Made by a program: the position numbers and the translations under genes. A stretch of 64,000 nucleotides of DNA from Oopsacas minuta (Eukaryota; Animalia; Porifera): NCBI GenBank assembly GCA_024704765.1, contig JAKMXF010000077.1:643314-707313 (forward strand), written 5' to 3'. Shown here one piece after another: positions 38,000 through 53,600 of this stretch (its first letter is position 1; every line of letters starts with the position of its first letter). The notes below the pieces were generated by a model. That model had not been told where the DNA came from. It ran no database searches and saw only the letters and a list, made by a program, of their open reading frames with translations.

Positions 38000-39800
38000 A
38001 AAACTAACGACTTATGAAAATATCAATAAAGCTGGAGCAGGGACCATCGTAAAAATGGTGGTAAAAGACTGCTTAGAGGATAAATATATGTGAATATAGA
38101 CCTAAGTTAGCATAGCGGTGTTGAACAAGGCGTCAGTTGATGGGATTCGGACATAAATTGAGAATTGATTACGGTCACATTCCCGAGGAATATTTGCGTT
38201 GCTAGGGAAATAAACCTATGAATATGATACCTATATATATATATAATACTGCTGGAAATTTGATACTGAGCATGAATATGATGTTTCTGAAAAGTATAGA
38301 ATTATCTAGCCCACATCTACAACATCGTGGATTTCTATTGGGCACCAACTCTTAGAATTTTCTACTTCTGGGGCCCTATCAAATGTCAACCAAATCTCTA
38401 TCGATCTAGCATTTCTTAAACACTGGTATACCAAATTTTTCAACTTCTGCCAGAGGTGAACATCTTTTTCACATATCAGCCCCACTATTTTAAGTTGCCA
38501 ATCAATTTAAGATTTTATCATTGAATGAGACCAAAATCTTCTCTATTCTTGATAAATTCCAAGAAAAAAGAGCTTTCTCAAGTCTATGGTTGTAGATAAA
38601 AAGCAAGATATTGATCTCGTTGATAGTAGAAATGGAACATGTTTACATGCTTGTATTACTAGAAAGGCCAATTCTTGGGGATCATTCACCGTTTGTTTAA
38701 TCTCCCGAAATTAGCATTATACAACCTGAGTAGTATATAATGACGATATAGTAGTTTTGTTGGAGTTTGTAATCTGAAATATGTCTTGGATAACCAAATA
38801 TTGGATGAAATGTTTGACTTCGTGCAGAGCTCGAAAATTCTAAATGAATACTTAGAAGGAAGAATTAAGTCTAAACTACTCCTCCTTTGGTTTGATTTGG
38901 AATAGTGAATGATTTTTATTGTGGCTGTTCTGGAGGTACCCACCAGCAAATATCTCTAGGTAGTACTCAAGTATAATATTACCAACTAGTATGTACATCA
39001 CCGCGTCACAAAGCTTAGATCAGAAGACATTGATAGATTCCACAGCAGATTTGGAGGTGGGCATATACCATCATCAGTATAATCACATTCAGTGTGATAA
39101 TCATTTCAATTATGCATAGTAAGAGTGTTTTAGATCTGCGCCATGGTCACTTTGATTATCGCTTCTCCGATGAGCTCCTGTTACCAAAGGGGGATAGATA
39201 GACCGATCTTCATTTTTCTTCATTTGGATTATCATCTCTACGGATAAAAACTATTGGTAGATCGGGTTCGACAGTGTGATGCTCAATTCCGCACTCTGAG
39301 AAGCACCTGGATATAGTACGCACACCTATTTGGCTCCAAGCTCTGGAGACCCATAATATTAGCCAGGGCTATTGGGATTCTTGTAAAGGTCAGAATGAGG
39401 CTAGAGGTTGTGTGTAGCTGGTAGTGTTGCGAAAAATACTAGTTTCATTGTCTTAATCTAAAGCCCATCAGTCCTCTTATGCACATTTGAATTATCCACG
39501 AACCTTTGGATCTTCCTACTTGCAAAATTTGTCTTGCAAATTCATTATACAGTATACACAATATGTGCCAGATCATCCATGTTTCCATGTGTGCCTTGCA
39601 CACGACAGGTAACTTGGACAAGTTGGCACCTAACAGCGCCCTTGGTTTTTCACTGTAACCCTGAAACAAAACCTTGTTTGACCGAGGTTGTAAACATCTC
39701 CTGGTCTGTTTGTGGCGATGAACCCATACAAATGCTATTCCAAATCTGGATGACCACTTAGTTTACGCCAGCTGCTTATGGTAGCGAGTTTATTCTTTCC
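38000..39800 (-). pseudogene. Possible highly decayed non-LTR retrotransposon remnant
   Basis: Only weak RT-like fragments (e.g. FLSTTIDLRK) amid many stops. Confidence 0.25.
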
Positions 39801-41716
39801 CGATCCAAGCCTCTGGAGCCAGAGATCTTAGCTAGCAGGCGAAGTATAGGAACAGTCACATGCATTCCTATATCTTGCAGAAATTCCAAGAATCAATAAC
39901 AGGAGCTTCGATATTTTCAAACTTAGGTACGATTACAGGATGTTTTCGTTTTGTAATGTTGTCAAGGATATTACGGGTATCAAATAGATCCAACTGAATA
40001 GCAACGCGAATAGATTTAATGCAGTTGATTGTACTCTTGCCCACATTAAAAAGCTAGGCTACCATATCTTCGCTTTTCCCATTATCTTCTTCGCAAGTGA
40101 CTTTGGCAACTGCTCAATGTCTAGAGTTGCATTCAATTTTGAATTCAAGGTCAATTAGTAAATCAATCATTATATCAAGTTATAGATGAAAATTAGGTGA
40201 AAACCAATGTCACTATTCAGTATTAGGAATGACTTTTTGAACTTTTACTGCATTTTCAATTGGAGAAATTGAATCTAACGAAACTATGAAGCGTTAGATT
40301 TAATCACAAGAGGATTTCAATTCTAACTATTGCAATGGTACACTTAGAATTGAAATTACATTAATAAAGAGAAAATTCTAGAAAAGTGAGTACTCTTCAA
40401 AGTACTAACTTTGCAAGAAGTTTCTCTTGTGTTGGAAACTAGTACCTAACGATTTCCAGGATTATATTGTCTAAGTGGGTGGTAAAATTTAGAACTCTAT
40501 GTGAGATAAAGTATGAAATATTTCAATTTTAGTGCGCCAAACCAGAAAATGCATGGAGAGTTCATACTATTCGCGTCTATTGTAAGGACTAAATACTATA
40601 CCACATGTCAATGGTAAGTTAGTGACAAATTGCTTTGGGCTTCCGCACAGAGATTTTGGATTGCAGAATAGGACAGAGAAAAAGAACACCATCATCATAG
40701 GCAATAGCTAAGGAGAATTGTGTTGGTTAAAGTTTACAAAACCGGTTGTAACAAGGGAAATTGGTTCATTATATTGAGGCATCCGTTAACTTAAACATCC
40801 GCTATCTCGAACGGAATGGACTGGAAAATAAATTATACTATTGACATAGCAGGAAGAAACTGAATATTGTCAAATAGTGCTTTCACATGAGGTCAAGGTA
40901 ACATATATGGCCAAAATATCAAATTGTGAAAAGCTTAACAACAATTGATGGAAACATTTCACTAAAAACGGCGGTAATATAGAGCCATATAATTGAATAA
41001 GACATCAAATTAGTATCAACTCATTGGAAAATTGTGCTAGATAGTGATGATTGGATAGTTATTCTTGGTTAGTGCAGAATAACAATTCAATTTGATTCTA
41101 TGTGACTAGTGTTAATAGCGGCAAAGCAATGTGAGGATGATGTGTTACCAATTCTAAAGGCAGACTTTGCACAGCAATTTTGTGAAAAAGTTCAAATTTC
41201 TAAAAGGATTAGGAAGATTAATGATATTAAAGGGTTGCATGTCAACGGAAAGCATTGTTGGAAAGGTGAAGAATCAGCTTACAAATATGTAACCATAGTG
41301 TAATAATAGACTGAGAATTAGAAACTAACTTGATAAAGGAGAACATTTCTAACCAAGAAGATTCCTTGTTCCCATCCAAAATGTACTGAGGTGGATGTAA
41401 TTGAATAAACAACGATATTAATTGAAGAAATATCTAAATATAAATAAATAGACTAAAGGATTATGACAGTGAAATTAGAACAAAGATTTAGGACGGATGA
41501 AAATAAGCCGCAGAGGTCCACAACCAGTGCGAAACAGCATACTTTGGTGGCTAGAGCATTTTCAGGTGTCCCACGAAAATACAAATTGCTATAGCAAAGT
41601 TATGATAAGGCATAAGAACTTAGCAAGTGTGAAATAGACTAATAATAATAATAATAAAAATTAGTGCAGGGTAAAATGTAGAATAACAAACAGTACAGCC
41701 TGGGGAGGTTTGGGCA

Positions 41717-42071
41717 CAGTGCTACCAAGTGAATTCATAAAAATTACGGAGATGGCCGAAAGATATACGTAGAAACCAAATTTTTACGAGCATATTAAAA
41801 TCCTTCAATGATCCTAAACAGGTCCAAATTTGCCTTTACAAATGCTAGTAACTAACAACCTTATACTAATAATCATAAATACATGTAGATATATGGTCTC
41901 TTTCGCGTTAGTAAACAATAAAGTATAATCAGCATGTAACAAACTATCAAAGTACTAGTATATATGGTCGTACATGCAATTCGCTAGAAATACGTACAAA
42001 TAAGTCTTCATACTTAGATAGCAGTCAAATATACGTAGTCTACGTAAATTTACGGAGACTTGGCAGCACTG
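41717..42071. mobile_element. hAT-like MITE
   Basis: TIRs CAGTGCTACCAAGT and CAGTGCTGCCAAGT with repeated TTACGGAGA subterminal motifs; TSD not clean. Confidence 0.6.
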
Positions 42072-42299
42072 CTTGGTTGGGCACATCAAACTATTCAACA
42101 GAAAACTATAAAGTAAAGTTGAAAAGTTGTACAAAAAGTAAAGCTGAATAGCTGTAAACAAAAGTAATGATCAAAACCCAAAAATCAAAAAAATAGTACA
42201 GATTGAAAAGCTGAAGGACAACTCGAGATGAAAACACAGTAGATTTGGGTGTAAGGTATACAAAATAATGACTTCTTTCACATGAACAAAGTTGTAGAT

Positions 42300-44700
42300 T
42301 GCACTAATTTCCCCAAAATTTGTCAAGCCTAACCTTGAAAGTGGATAGATAGGGGGTAGATATACATTTTTCGGGTTGCTGATCCCAATTCTTTCGGACT
42401 GACGTCTTAACAGGAAACTTTTGTGGTGGAACTAGGTGAAGGGAGTGACCCCCTACACCTATGAACTGCTCGCAAAGAAGAGGAATAACAAAATTAATAG
42501 ACAAGTGACTATTTAATGTTTTCCATGTTTAAATTTATCAGCTCTTTACCTTCTATTTTCTAAACAAATCAACCATAACTCACGAATCCCCTCACTATAG
42601 GCAAAATGTGATAAACAATTAACGTATTTGGTAGCCCTTCTTTGAACTGTTTCAAGCTTGCCGATGTCATTTTGCAAAATAGGTGACCATACACTAGAGG
42701 CATATTAAAGTTTCGGAAGTATGAAGAGTTTGTACATAATTTTGAAATTAACTGGAGTAATCAATGAATGTTCTTTTGAATAGTCCAATCAATCTGGTGG
42801 TTGAAGATGTTATATTAGAGATATGTTCGGAAATTTTAGTCTATCATCTACCCATACCCCTAACTCCTTTAATACTCTCTCTTCTTCAAAAACATTAAAA
42901 TTAATAGAATAACTCCTTTTACCATTATATTTCCCTAGATGTAAAATGCGACATTAGTTGTTGTTCATGGCTATATAGTTTATCTGAGACCATGACACCA
43001 TGTCCGAAAAGACTAGACACTATAGATTTATACCCACTTTCAGATTTAGATCCACCATAAAATTTCTTGTCAGAGAATGGGATATAATACTGACCCTTGT
43101 GGAATACCACTCTGGACGAAACACTAGTCTGAAAAAGATGACACTAATTTAACTCGCTGTTTACTATTTGAAAGGTAAGGATCGAACCAATATTATAGCT
43201 TCCCTCTAATTCCTATTGATTACAATTAGTCTAATAACAAATTGTGTTGGACTTTATCGAACACCTTCTCGAAGTCAATATAGATAACATCAATGGACAA
43301 ACCCCTATCAACAGACAGGGTCCAAGAATCTAGCACCTCTAGCAAACTTGACACAGATGATCGGTTGGGAAGAAAACCACATTGAATATCATTGATTATA
43401 TTATTTGTAAATAAATGATGTAACAGAAAGGCTTAATCATACTTTCTAAGAACTTAACCACAATCGAGGTTAAGGAAACTGGTCTATAATTACTAGCAAT
43501 CGATCTGGGGCCATTTTTGAAAATGGGGAATATATCAACCAGTTCCAACTACAGGGTAGGATCCCATGAACGAGACTCTGAGTAAAAAGAGTAAAGAAAG
43601 GTTTGAAAAAATTTAGAATAGTTTCTTAATAGTTTGGGTGAATACTACCTGGACCTGGAGATTTGGTTACGTTCAAAAGCTCAATTTGTTACAAAACCAT
43701 TTCTTCTGTGATTAGTATATGGTCCAGTGTTAATAACAGCCGATTCAATATAAATTCCTCTATCCGCTGGTTGACTAAACACAAATAAAAGTAATCAAAA
43801 GTGAACCTGCCAATTCCGCTTCTGACAGGATTACCCACTGTCACTTATTAGAGATAAATCTTTTTTACATTCAATCCTTGGTGCTTGGAATAGTAGAAAA
43901 ACGCTTTAATAGATAGACTTGGGTGATGTAGACTATGTGCCAACTTATCTTTATACTCTTTCCTCAGCTCGATTGCTAATTTAGCTACATTCCTCAAAGC
44001 TTGTTTATAATATTTCCAAGTGGAATAGGAAAGGTTGTTTCTATATACTAACCACAAGCACCCTTTATCCTTGACTTCTGATTTAAAGTTTGGATTGCCC
44101 AAATAAGCAAAACCTCTTCTAACGATTACTTCCTTTCTAGGCACACATAAAAGGACGCTTTGATACATCTGACCAAATTTCTCCGCAGGCAATCAACTGA
44201 GTAATTAAGATTGAAAATATCTTTCCAAACCCTCCATAACTTTAGTAACATCATCCTTCATTGTTTTATCATACATATATACAATTTTGGAATGCTTTGA
44301 TACATAGGGGTCATACTTTAATATTAAAAATTAGAACATTGATATCACTACCACATAGAGGGGGATAAATATAAGATTAAGAAGACGTGAATCCTCATTT
44401 GAAAATATAAGATCAACTAGAATAGCTGCACTTTCGCTATGCTTCGTAGTATCTTGTATATGTTAATACAAAAAGTTCACTTACCAAATTCCTCAGTAGT
44501 GTGTCTTCTATTAACCTCCACTTCTTTCAGGATCGTTCTCAATTTGTCACTGGTATCCTCATTTCCGGTGATTCAATGTAAGATTAAAGAGTTGAACAAT
44601 TATTGGTCATTATATGTAACTTTCCTTGGCCTTGCTAGTAAATTTGATAATATTGCCAGATAAACTCATTATATTGGGATGAATACTCCCAATTTCTTCC
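42300..44700 (-). mobile_element. CR1/L2-like LINE ORF2 remnant (reverse transcriptase and C-terminus)
   Basis: YIDFEKVFDKVQH..SIGIRGKL..SGIPQGSVLYPIL (RT motifs) and C-terminal GHSLHL...STFKVRLDKFW. Confidence 0.8.
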
Positions 44701-45289
44701 TTCCGAGAATTATTCTAAGATGTTTCCCTGTCTCTAGCAAATAGAATTGTGATTTTTAGCTATGAGTAACTGAAACAGTTCACAGAATCCTCACAAGCCC
44801 CTTCCAGTGAGTTAAGCCACTTTATTAACTTGTGGACAGTATAATCTCTTGAAATGGAGTAGTTAATAGAGAGAGAAGTATTTAACCAAGAATTTCCCTT
44901 CTTTGAAACCGACATCGTATAATAAATCAATAAAAGAGAAATAAACAATATAATCTGTAGGGTATTTATGAAGAATTCATAATGAAATTTTTAAAATTTT
45001 CGGATGAAAACGACATTATCTGTACACACAATTCGAAATATCATAAACTGTTTATCTTTGAGACCATGTAGAACGCAAATAATTGTCAAAGATCAAAATG
45101 TAAGATAAGAAATGATCTAAAGTGGTTAGTGTACAAAATACACCAAGGTAGTCATGATAAAGTTGCAACATTTCGGAGTTACACATAAGACCGAGAAAAT
45201 TTACTCTTGGAAAATAACTAAAAGTCACAAGGAATTATGTCAGGAAATAGGGAGGATGATCAAGTGTTTGTAAACTCATTTTTTCGATG

Positions 45290-45470
45290 TATGCGAATTA
45301 TAATTTAATGCTACTTGCATTATCACGAAGAATTTGGATTCCCCGAGAACCAGTTCTAGGTCGCCATTTTGTGTAGTGTTTGGTCACCTCTGCAATCAGC
45401 TGAGTGCAGTAGAAATTTCCCGTAAATACACTCATTTGGGAGGTAAACCTAAGAAACTGGGAAGAAGGAG
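45290..45470 (-). pseudogene. mariner transposase fragment
   Basis: GNFYCTQLIAEVTKHYTKWRPRTGSRGIQILRDNAS resembles RPxTGxRGIxLHHDNA of the other mariners here. Confidence 0.55.
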
Positions 45471-47337
45471 AAAGGCAATTATGCACATTATATAGGTACG
45501 GAAGTCCGAAGCGCTATGTTAGGCATTGGTTCATGCAGAAGCAAACAACACTTTGATATTCTATTGATTTGGGGTTGGAAAGTATCTCCAAGTCATGCAT
45601 GGTTGGAATCTAATACAGCTTCAGGACATCGCATTGTCCAAACTGTCAAAGGGCCTGTTACAACATTCAACACTGTCTAAAATCTGGGACAGTGAAAACG
45701 TATAATGGACCAACTGACAGCAACCTTTCCAAATCTGAGATCTTCCTTCAAAATGCGTTAAGTATTTCCTGTTGAGACCTCTGTATATCTACATTCGAAT
45801 TATAACAAGTAGCCAATTTTAGGTCGCCAGTCCGAAGCTCATATTCTATGTTGTCTCATCCTCCCCAAATACCTGAGCCCATCTACTAATTGTGGAATAA
45901 GAGCTGTGTCTCCACAAACTTGAACATGATCTTTGTGAATGTTCGTGCTGGAGATTCAAACGATACGAAGCTTGATGCAAGTTATTTGCTCTTGTTCAAT
46001 GATTGATAATATTGAAACTATGAATGTTTAAGTAGCAAAACAGAATAGTAAACGATATGATAATATCAAAAACTATTTATGCTGATTAATATCAGGTTAG
46101 CAAGAAATACTGTTTAATGATATTAGATTTGAACAAATGGGTGAATATTATTCATATTACTTGTAAAATATTCACAATGATCAGTGAGAAACAAATTACC
46201 AATATAATAAATCTTAATTTGATCTCTGAAATTATAGTTATGGAAATTACAACGTTAGTACAGAACCAGGGAAACTTTAAAGGAAACTTCTAAGATTATA
46301 ATAACTTACTTGATAGCAATTAAAGGATGGCACATTAAATCTATCAATATAAATTAGTAGTAGAGAAGAGAACGGTGTTAAAGAATATTTAACTAAATAT
46401 CCTAAATAAACGGATAGTCCTAGATGAATTCAAAGTGAATCTTCGTGTAACACATAAACGGACATAAATTGAAGCAAAGTTCTCATCGGGAATTGACCAA
46501 TATTAAGTCAAGAAGTCAAATCTTTAATGGACTTGTTCCTAAATGATCGCCACTTATTTGTTGTTGATGCTTAAACAAAATATTGTCAGTGAAACTTCCA
46601 TCCATCAAAAACCTTGAAGCCTTGATCTGTCAAAAATCAGTGGTAGTCAATATTACTCCAAAGTTGTGGGTTCATCCGAAAATTCTTACTTATAAGTTGA
46701 ATGACAGTTACTATTGATCAGTTTGCAATCTTTTCGCCTCTTAAAGCCATTAAATCTATCGAAACACAACTGGCGAATAGAAAGGAATGTAGGATATTGG
46801 CAATGCATGATAAACTCAGTGAGATAGGGCATTTACAATCTGCCCTATCTCAATGGGGAAATTCTCATTTAGGGATACTTTCTCAAAATCTTAAAAATCT
46901 TGACTAAACCCATTCCAATATTTTATAATTCTTTCAGACAGATAACAATCACGTAGCCAAAAGGCTTTAAATAACTAGGTGTTGACCTCTGGAAATGTAT
47001 AAAATCGAAGTCATTTATATAGAAATGGAAAGAGTTGATAAAAATTTGATAATGAAGAGTACACATCAATTAAAATGTAAAATGGGGCAGCGATTACCAA
47101 ACGCTAATGAAATATAAAACTTCAGTTGAATTCATAACTGATTGATGTGACCTGAAAAATTAGAGATGAAAGGAATGCGCAGCATTTCTAACAAGGTTGA
47201 GAAACACTGAAATTGGGTTAATATTTATGGATCAACAATGATTATCTATGTGATCGAAAAACCTTTGTATGAGATGGATATATTTCAGAAATGAGGTTAT
47301 GTTACTAGCGAAAAAGAATTTATTTGCATATCTAAAT

Positions 47338-47985
47338 CAGTGGTCGGCAAACTTTAATGGTAGAGGGCCGCATTCACTATAGGAAAAATTCACAGGGCTG
47401 CAATTCTCAAAATGTATCCTATCCTTGGTAAGCAATTTAAACGAAAAATAGGATAAGCTGAATCCAATTTTGAACTATACAAAATTACGAATCTGAATAT
47501 TGGATGAGATTAGTTTTCAACATTTTACAGGGGTAAGAGAGTACATCGAATACGAAGCTCAAGGATCTCATTAATAAACTTATTGTTGATATGATGAATA
47601 AAAAGTAAAAGTAATTGAAATTTTAATAATCGAGGAGACTTGCGGTCAACGATTATAGATTGGTCTTGAATTGCTTCACACATTTAATAGTTTTAGGTGC
47701 AAATTTAATGAATCGATTTTGTTATACTATAGGTAATTCAAGGCACAAAGTGCCGAGCCCGTGCGAGGATAAAGAGTTCATGTTCGTAGGCCCACGTAGC
47801 GGAAGCAACTCAAACATGCTTAATTATAATATAGATTATATCACAGAATAGACAAAATTGTCTAAACAAGGATATTTTTGTGGGAAACAAAGTTAATAAT
47901 TAGTTATTACAGCGAGGATAGAAAGTTTATTTGAGCAGATTGTGAAGCTTGTCCGTTTAAGGGGAGCGCACTTTTCCGACCCCTG
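47338..47985. mobile_element. hAT-like MITE
   Basis: TIRs CAGTGGTCGGCAAA and CAGGGGTCGGAAAA; flanks ATCTAAAT and ATCTGGAT (degenerate 8-bp TSD, 6/8). Confidence 0.6.
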
Positions 47986-48699
47986 ATCTGGATATTCAAT
48001 CCCAACATATCTCAATAAAGCACTGCAACGTAGAAACAAATATTGGGAATTTAGAGTTGTGCCTGAATTTAGAAGTTATAAACATATTCAAATCATTTAT
48101 TAGCTAATATGTAATATTATTGGATTTTAGTGATCTATACAAGAAAACATAATCTGTATATATGTATATGTACGATATAAATATATTTGTATGCCCAGAA
48201 TTGATCGAAAAAACTGAAGACACAGGCTGACATTTGACATATATAGATATTTGGGACTGGAACGGACAAGTTCATGTCCTGGACGTAATTAAGACATATT
48301 TGTCACCTATTTGGATTTTCGAAAAACCCACTGTTTTAACCACTGCTCAGTCAATATACATGATAGAAGATTGAAAATAGAATCACAGGTACCCTCGATG
48401 TGACAAATGCCCTGACGTCATGATTCTACAAAAAGCTAACTTATCATGGAGTTATTACGTTATCATAACTGTATGAAAATATCAAAATTTTCCAGATTAC
48501 GAAAATTTCCAAATTTCTTAATAAGCCGAGGCACTAAGTGCCGAGATTACTAACCAAAGCGAGATAGCATCTTCAGCGTTACCACAGAAGGCCATCCAAT
48601 CAAATTTGGATGGACAATGGATAATGTATTTCGAAATATTCTCATGATAGAATATTCGTGCCAAATGGATTTCATGTATAACGGAATTCTTCATTAACT

Positions 48700-49990
48700 A
48701 AGATGTTGCATTTACAGAAACTGATTTCAATAACTGGGCACCTTGTGAACATTTTGAAAGGAATGAAAAGACTGATCCTTACAAAATATCGATGGTGGCA
48801 TGGGAAAACAGGAAGAAATCCAAGAAAATCTGGTGGAATTACCAACTTCCTAATCAGAAATCATTCGAAACTTGTAGAGAAAAATGGACATTATGTAGAA
48901 TGTATTGCTAGTATTGTACAACTCTTAGCACGTCAAGGTCTTGCATTTAGGGGACAACATGAAAATGAACAATCTTTAATCAAATAGGATGTTTTTCTAG
49001 AAATAATTGAACTCATATAAATAATGACACAGTAGATAATAACAAGATACATGGACCAAAAATGTTGTTTACACTCATAAGGATTATCATTATGAGCTCA
49101 TTGATATTACTGCAAAAATTAATAGAAACGACATCTCACTCAAAATTATGTAGGATCTATGGGAAGATTTTCATTGCAAGTAGATGAGATGAAAGATTTA
49201 CAGAAACTGGAACAAATCCCATCGTGGTTAATTATGCTCAAGATGCTGATCCTACTGATGAATTACTAGAATTTGACATTGAAACTTATGGGGCGACAGC
49301 TGATGGGATCATCAAAGTGGTCCACGAACTTTGAGGAAAGCTTTGGTGTGTATTGGTTAAACATATGATGGTGCATCAGTCATGAAGTGCAGCATAATGG
49401 AGACTGGAGAAAGATCAAAGACAGTGCTGCGACGCGTGTTATACACATTGTTTCAATCACAACTTAAATTTGGTGTTGGTGGACTCTGCCAGACAGCTCA
49501 ATTTTGCTGATGACACTATTGAAACTTTGTCCTCAATTTAGAATTTCTTCTCTTGTTCAGGTGTACATGATGAATCCCTCAAGCAGCAGAAACTGTTGAG
49601 GATATATACACAAAAGAATTCATTCACGTTGAGGCGGACTGCCGAAACTCGCTGGGTGTCTCACTATGAATCTTGCTTATCTATATTGAAAACCTATATG
49701 CCATATTTGAATTGCCAATGATATTAAACATGGGTTGGGTACTCAAAAATAATTTGCGAAAGTTTCATAAAGGTAAAGATATGAGAATATTCGATTTTAA
49801 GTCATTTTTAGATCATCAAGAACTACAACATTTTTCCTAGCATTGGTTTGTGCGCAAGTCTTGTAGGGCAGGTAGCGGAAGAGCATTCAGTTGTGTGAAG
49901 AGGATAAAAGCTACATGCGTACAAACATGTCACATGAAAGACTTGGGTATTTGGCTGCCATGGCAGTTGGAGCATATTTCCACTTAAGCG
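48700..49990 (+). pseudogene. ZMYM1/DUF4371-type hAT transposase remnant with internal deletion
   Basis: LLARQGLAFRGQHE, FSLQVDEMKD, DGASVM, YTHCFNHNLNLVL, ETRWVSHYE and NMSHERLGYLAAM. Confidence 0.75.
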
Positions 49991-50365
49991 CCCATTTTTA
50001 CCAATTATGCTCTAGATTTATGAAATGAATAACTTTTTGAAGAAACACAAAAAATTTTGAATTGCTGTTATAGGATAAAGAATTTAAAAGTACAATAATT
50101 ACAAGAATAGAACAAATATATATGTATGTAAGAAACCTTTGAGCTAAGGTGTGAAAACTCTATTTTGGAATGAATATCAAGGATAACAAACATATGAAAA
50201 CAATATGTCTGTTTGTAAGAATATATACACGAAATGATTATATGTTCTACAAATCCATTGCAGTCCCTGTTATCGATTCATAAATTAAGTGAGAATGGAT
50301 AATTGCGCATAAAATTCTCCTGGATTAATACTAATGTAAACATGTAATAAAATAAATTTATTCAC

Positions 50366-50659
50366 CTGAAGGTAAAGTTCTAACAGATAATGAGGGAGAA
50401 AACATGGCAATCCCAAAAGAATTGACGGCAGAAATTGAGATTTCGTATAATGTAGAAGGGCACAGAGATACTAAGTTATAAGAAAATCCTTTAATATTGT
50501 GAACATACGAAATATGAGAGGAATTAAATTTGTGATAAGAAACGACAAATCCAGCCAAAAATCTGTGATTAGATTGGAGATTCAAATCGCTCCATCTGAG
50601 GGAAATATACAAAGATCCAATGTCCTCAACATCAAAGCCATGCGGGTAGAACAAGGGTA
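50366..50659 (-). CDS. Host exon: complete fibronectin type III domain (294 bp, phase 1/1)
   Basis: Acceptor ttttctttag, donor gtgaat. PLFYPHGFDVEDIGSLYISLRWSDL..GFVVSYH..NLVSLCPSTLYEISISAVNSFG..FSPSLSVRTLPS shows the canonical FN3 W, Y and L-P-T-Y pattern. Confidence 0.85.
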
Positions 50660-53600
50660 CTAAAGAAAATACTTACAATAAACACAAATAATATACATTA
50701 TATATTACTTGCATGAATAAAGTAATAAGACACAGCAAATTTAATACGAATAGTACTACTCTCGCGTATTCGAGGGGACAAAACCTTATAACTGTAAAAT
50801 TTAGAATATATCCCATTGCAAATTTACATTCTGTGTATTTACAAACCCCAGTATACAGACTTTCTACCTAAATATTGATGGGTAATGGTGAATATTTCAA
50901 ACTCATGACATATTGTGTCAATTTATGCCATTTACAACAATGATAGGTTTCACTAAGTCACACTGGGTCCGAAATTTCCAAACTTATTAGTGAGTATATC
51001 ATATAAATCTTAGCAAATGTGTTATCAGAATCTATATTGGGAAAATGATACCAGAAATACACCCAATCATTATGTTATATTGTATTGACTATCAATAATA
51101 GGGCCACTATAGTAGTATTTGTAAGGGGAATTCTCAATTTGGCTGAATACCTTCGTCTGGGCAGGGCATGTTCAATCCCGATGCCCAAACTACATCCCGT
51201 TCGCAACTGGAAATTAAGATAAGTAACCGGACGTCCCGATGCATACTAGTAAGTTTAAAGTTTCAACCATACATTATTTACAAGATTATATATCCAAGCG
51301 TAGGACCACATCATTTCAAAAAGCGGTAACGTAGACTTAACTAGCCACGTGGAGCCGAATCAATTAACGCATCTGTGTTTTGATGGATCGAAACCCCTGA
51401 TCTCATCAGATAAGGATCTCGATCAGGATCATATGATGTCGGGTAGAAAGTTCCTAATACACTTACATAAGAAGGATAAATACCTATGTTTCGTAAACAA
51501 ATCTTTTTGCAATTTAAAACGATGGATCAACAGCAATGTTGAGATCTTGTTCAAGATTCCATACCCGAGTTAAGGCACAAGACATAAAATTGAGATCTGA
51601 TGTGGCTCATATCGTTACATTATGTGACACTTAGACATGACATTGCTTCATCAATAACCTCCTCTCCTCTACTACCTGATATAAAGTCTGAATTATTAAA
51701 TAGTCCATCAGCTACATTTAAAAAATGAACTGTATATGCGGCTCTTGAGAGAGTTATGGAAAGACTATGATTAAAACTTTTACGGATAGTAAGCTCAAGA
51801 TAAGTTCGCTGAAATGTCTCTTATTCGTTCTTGGCGTAGGAGAATTAAGTTATACCCGGATAAAATGAAGCCTCTTTCTTCCATCAACAATGGATGTACC
51901 AGAAGAACAGCTCTTGGAGATTTGTTTGTTCATTAATATAACCTTAATGTCAGAAGAAAATCATTAAGCTACATTGAACCATTAATAATGCGTGTCCAGA
52001 TCAAAATTCAGACTATTTTAGAATATCTCTGGACGGTTAAGGCAGATCAATAGAGCGATAAGGATTATATACACATACAGATTAATATCAAATTTTAACA
52101 ATTCTCATGGATAACAAGTATAAGACGTTTAAGCACATACTGCAAGTAAGGTCCTAAATGGTCTGATTCAAAAGATCCCAAATTTTGTAAGGCTTATTTC
52201 AAGTTTTTAAGGATAGATATAATGTTTAATCCAAAACCACACATTCCCTATTGGTTTGAGATCTGGGCTGCAAGAAGGCCATTCCATCCGCACTCTCTGA
52301 TTTTTCCTAAAATCTTGGCAACCTTTAATATTTGCTTGATATCATTGTATTACAGGGAGATCCAACTGTCAGGATACTGGATCTCTAGCTAGTGTAAACA
52401 AATACCCGTTTAGAATGCTTGTATACATTTTCTCTGGTAGGTTTTCCAAAAATACTATCAACGAACACGTACCTCATGGTAAAAATGCACCACAAACATG
52501 TAATTTCGGGCTCTGTTTAATTCTTAGTTTGACTGCTTCTAGAACAACTTTACACCATAGCCATGTTTTGCAACCAGCCAGCATACCGACATTTAGTCAC
52601 AGAAAAAACATTTTCTTAGTCCAGGAGATCTTCTATTGTCTTTGGTGATCTGTTAGCATGGGGAAATATTTTGCAGGCCTGTGACTGTACCATCTTCTCG
52701 GGAATTCCTTCCTTAATGCTCGTGAGAGTGTGTGTTTCTGCGATGTTGATTGAATCTGCCAGCAAGTTTTCTTATTAAAATCTTACGATTCTGATTTGCT
52801 AAACTTCCGAGACATAGACCATCATTCCGTAGTAAATACACTATTTTCCACTACCCAATAGCCCTTAAATGTTATCCAATGCAAATCAATCATTGACAGT
52901 TGGTTTTATGGGTAGAAAAAAAATGGAATCCAGATTGAAGATATATTTGGAATACATTGAGTGGAATAGATTGGGATTATCCTCAGTTACCAGGGTGGGC
53001 CAAAGAAAACGGGCCCGCATACACATTCCAGGCCAACTTGAAACTATTAGTCAAACAAAGCAATATTATTTTATCTATTCTTTGTCAACATATGTTAGAT
53101 AATCCAAAGACGAAGTAATAGAGTATTCAGTAGAAGTCTTAGCGAGCTCAGAGAATTTTTGAAAGGCCGTCCTACAAGGAAATTACAGAAAACTTTTGCT
53201 TATACTCGATGTCAAATAAGCGCCCTGGAAATCGAGAATTCAGAGTTGGATTAAGAAATTTCAGACTGAGAGAAATGTCAAAAACTTAAATAGTAGCTCC
53301 GAAGACTGTCCAAGTGATTCCGGGAGATTAGTTTTGAAGAATGTAATGGGAATTTTGCTCTAAATATCCAAAATGGAAAGACTTTAATGGTGCTCATCTC
53401 GAACATAAGCTCTAATCCTCTTAGACTTTAAACCTACGATAATAATAGCTTGTTTCGTATTGTACGCCATTTTAGCTCTATAACTATAAGATTTTGTTTA
53501 GCCCACCCTGTACATGTGGTGGTCTCAATTTCATCTTAACAGGCTGTATATCAGTGCTAAGTCGAATATTAGAGTATGCCCCAGCTCCCATCCTCATTCC

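Noticed and set aside
4037-41721. Other CACAGTG occurrences (4037, 35150, 41715)
   Set aside because: They lie inside hAT sequence, hAT coding (RHSD), or arise from flank CA plus a MITE CAGTG terminus. None has TIR-like continuation.
51120-51190. tRNA or tRNA-derived SINE head (GGGCAT-GTTCAATCCCG-ATGCCC hairpin)
   Set aside because: Only a B-box-like loop is present and no cloverleaf could be built; support is insufficient.
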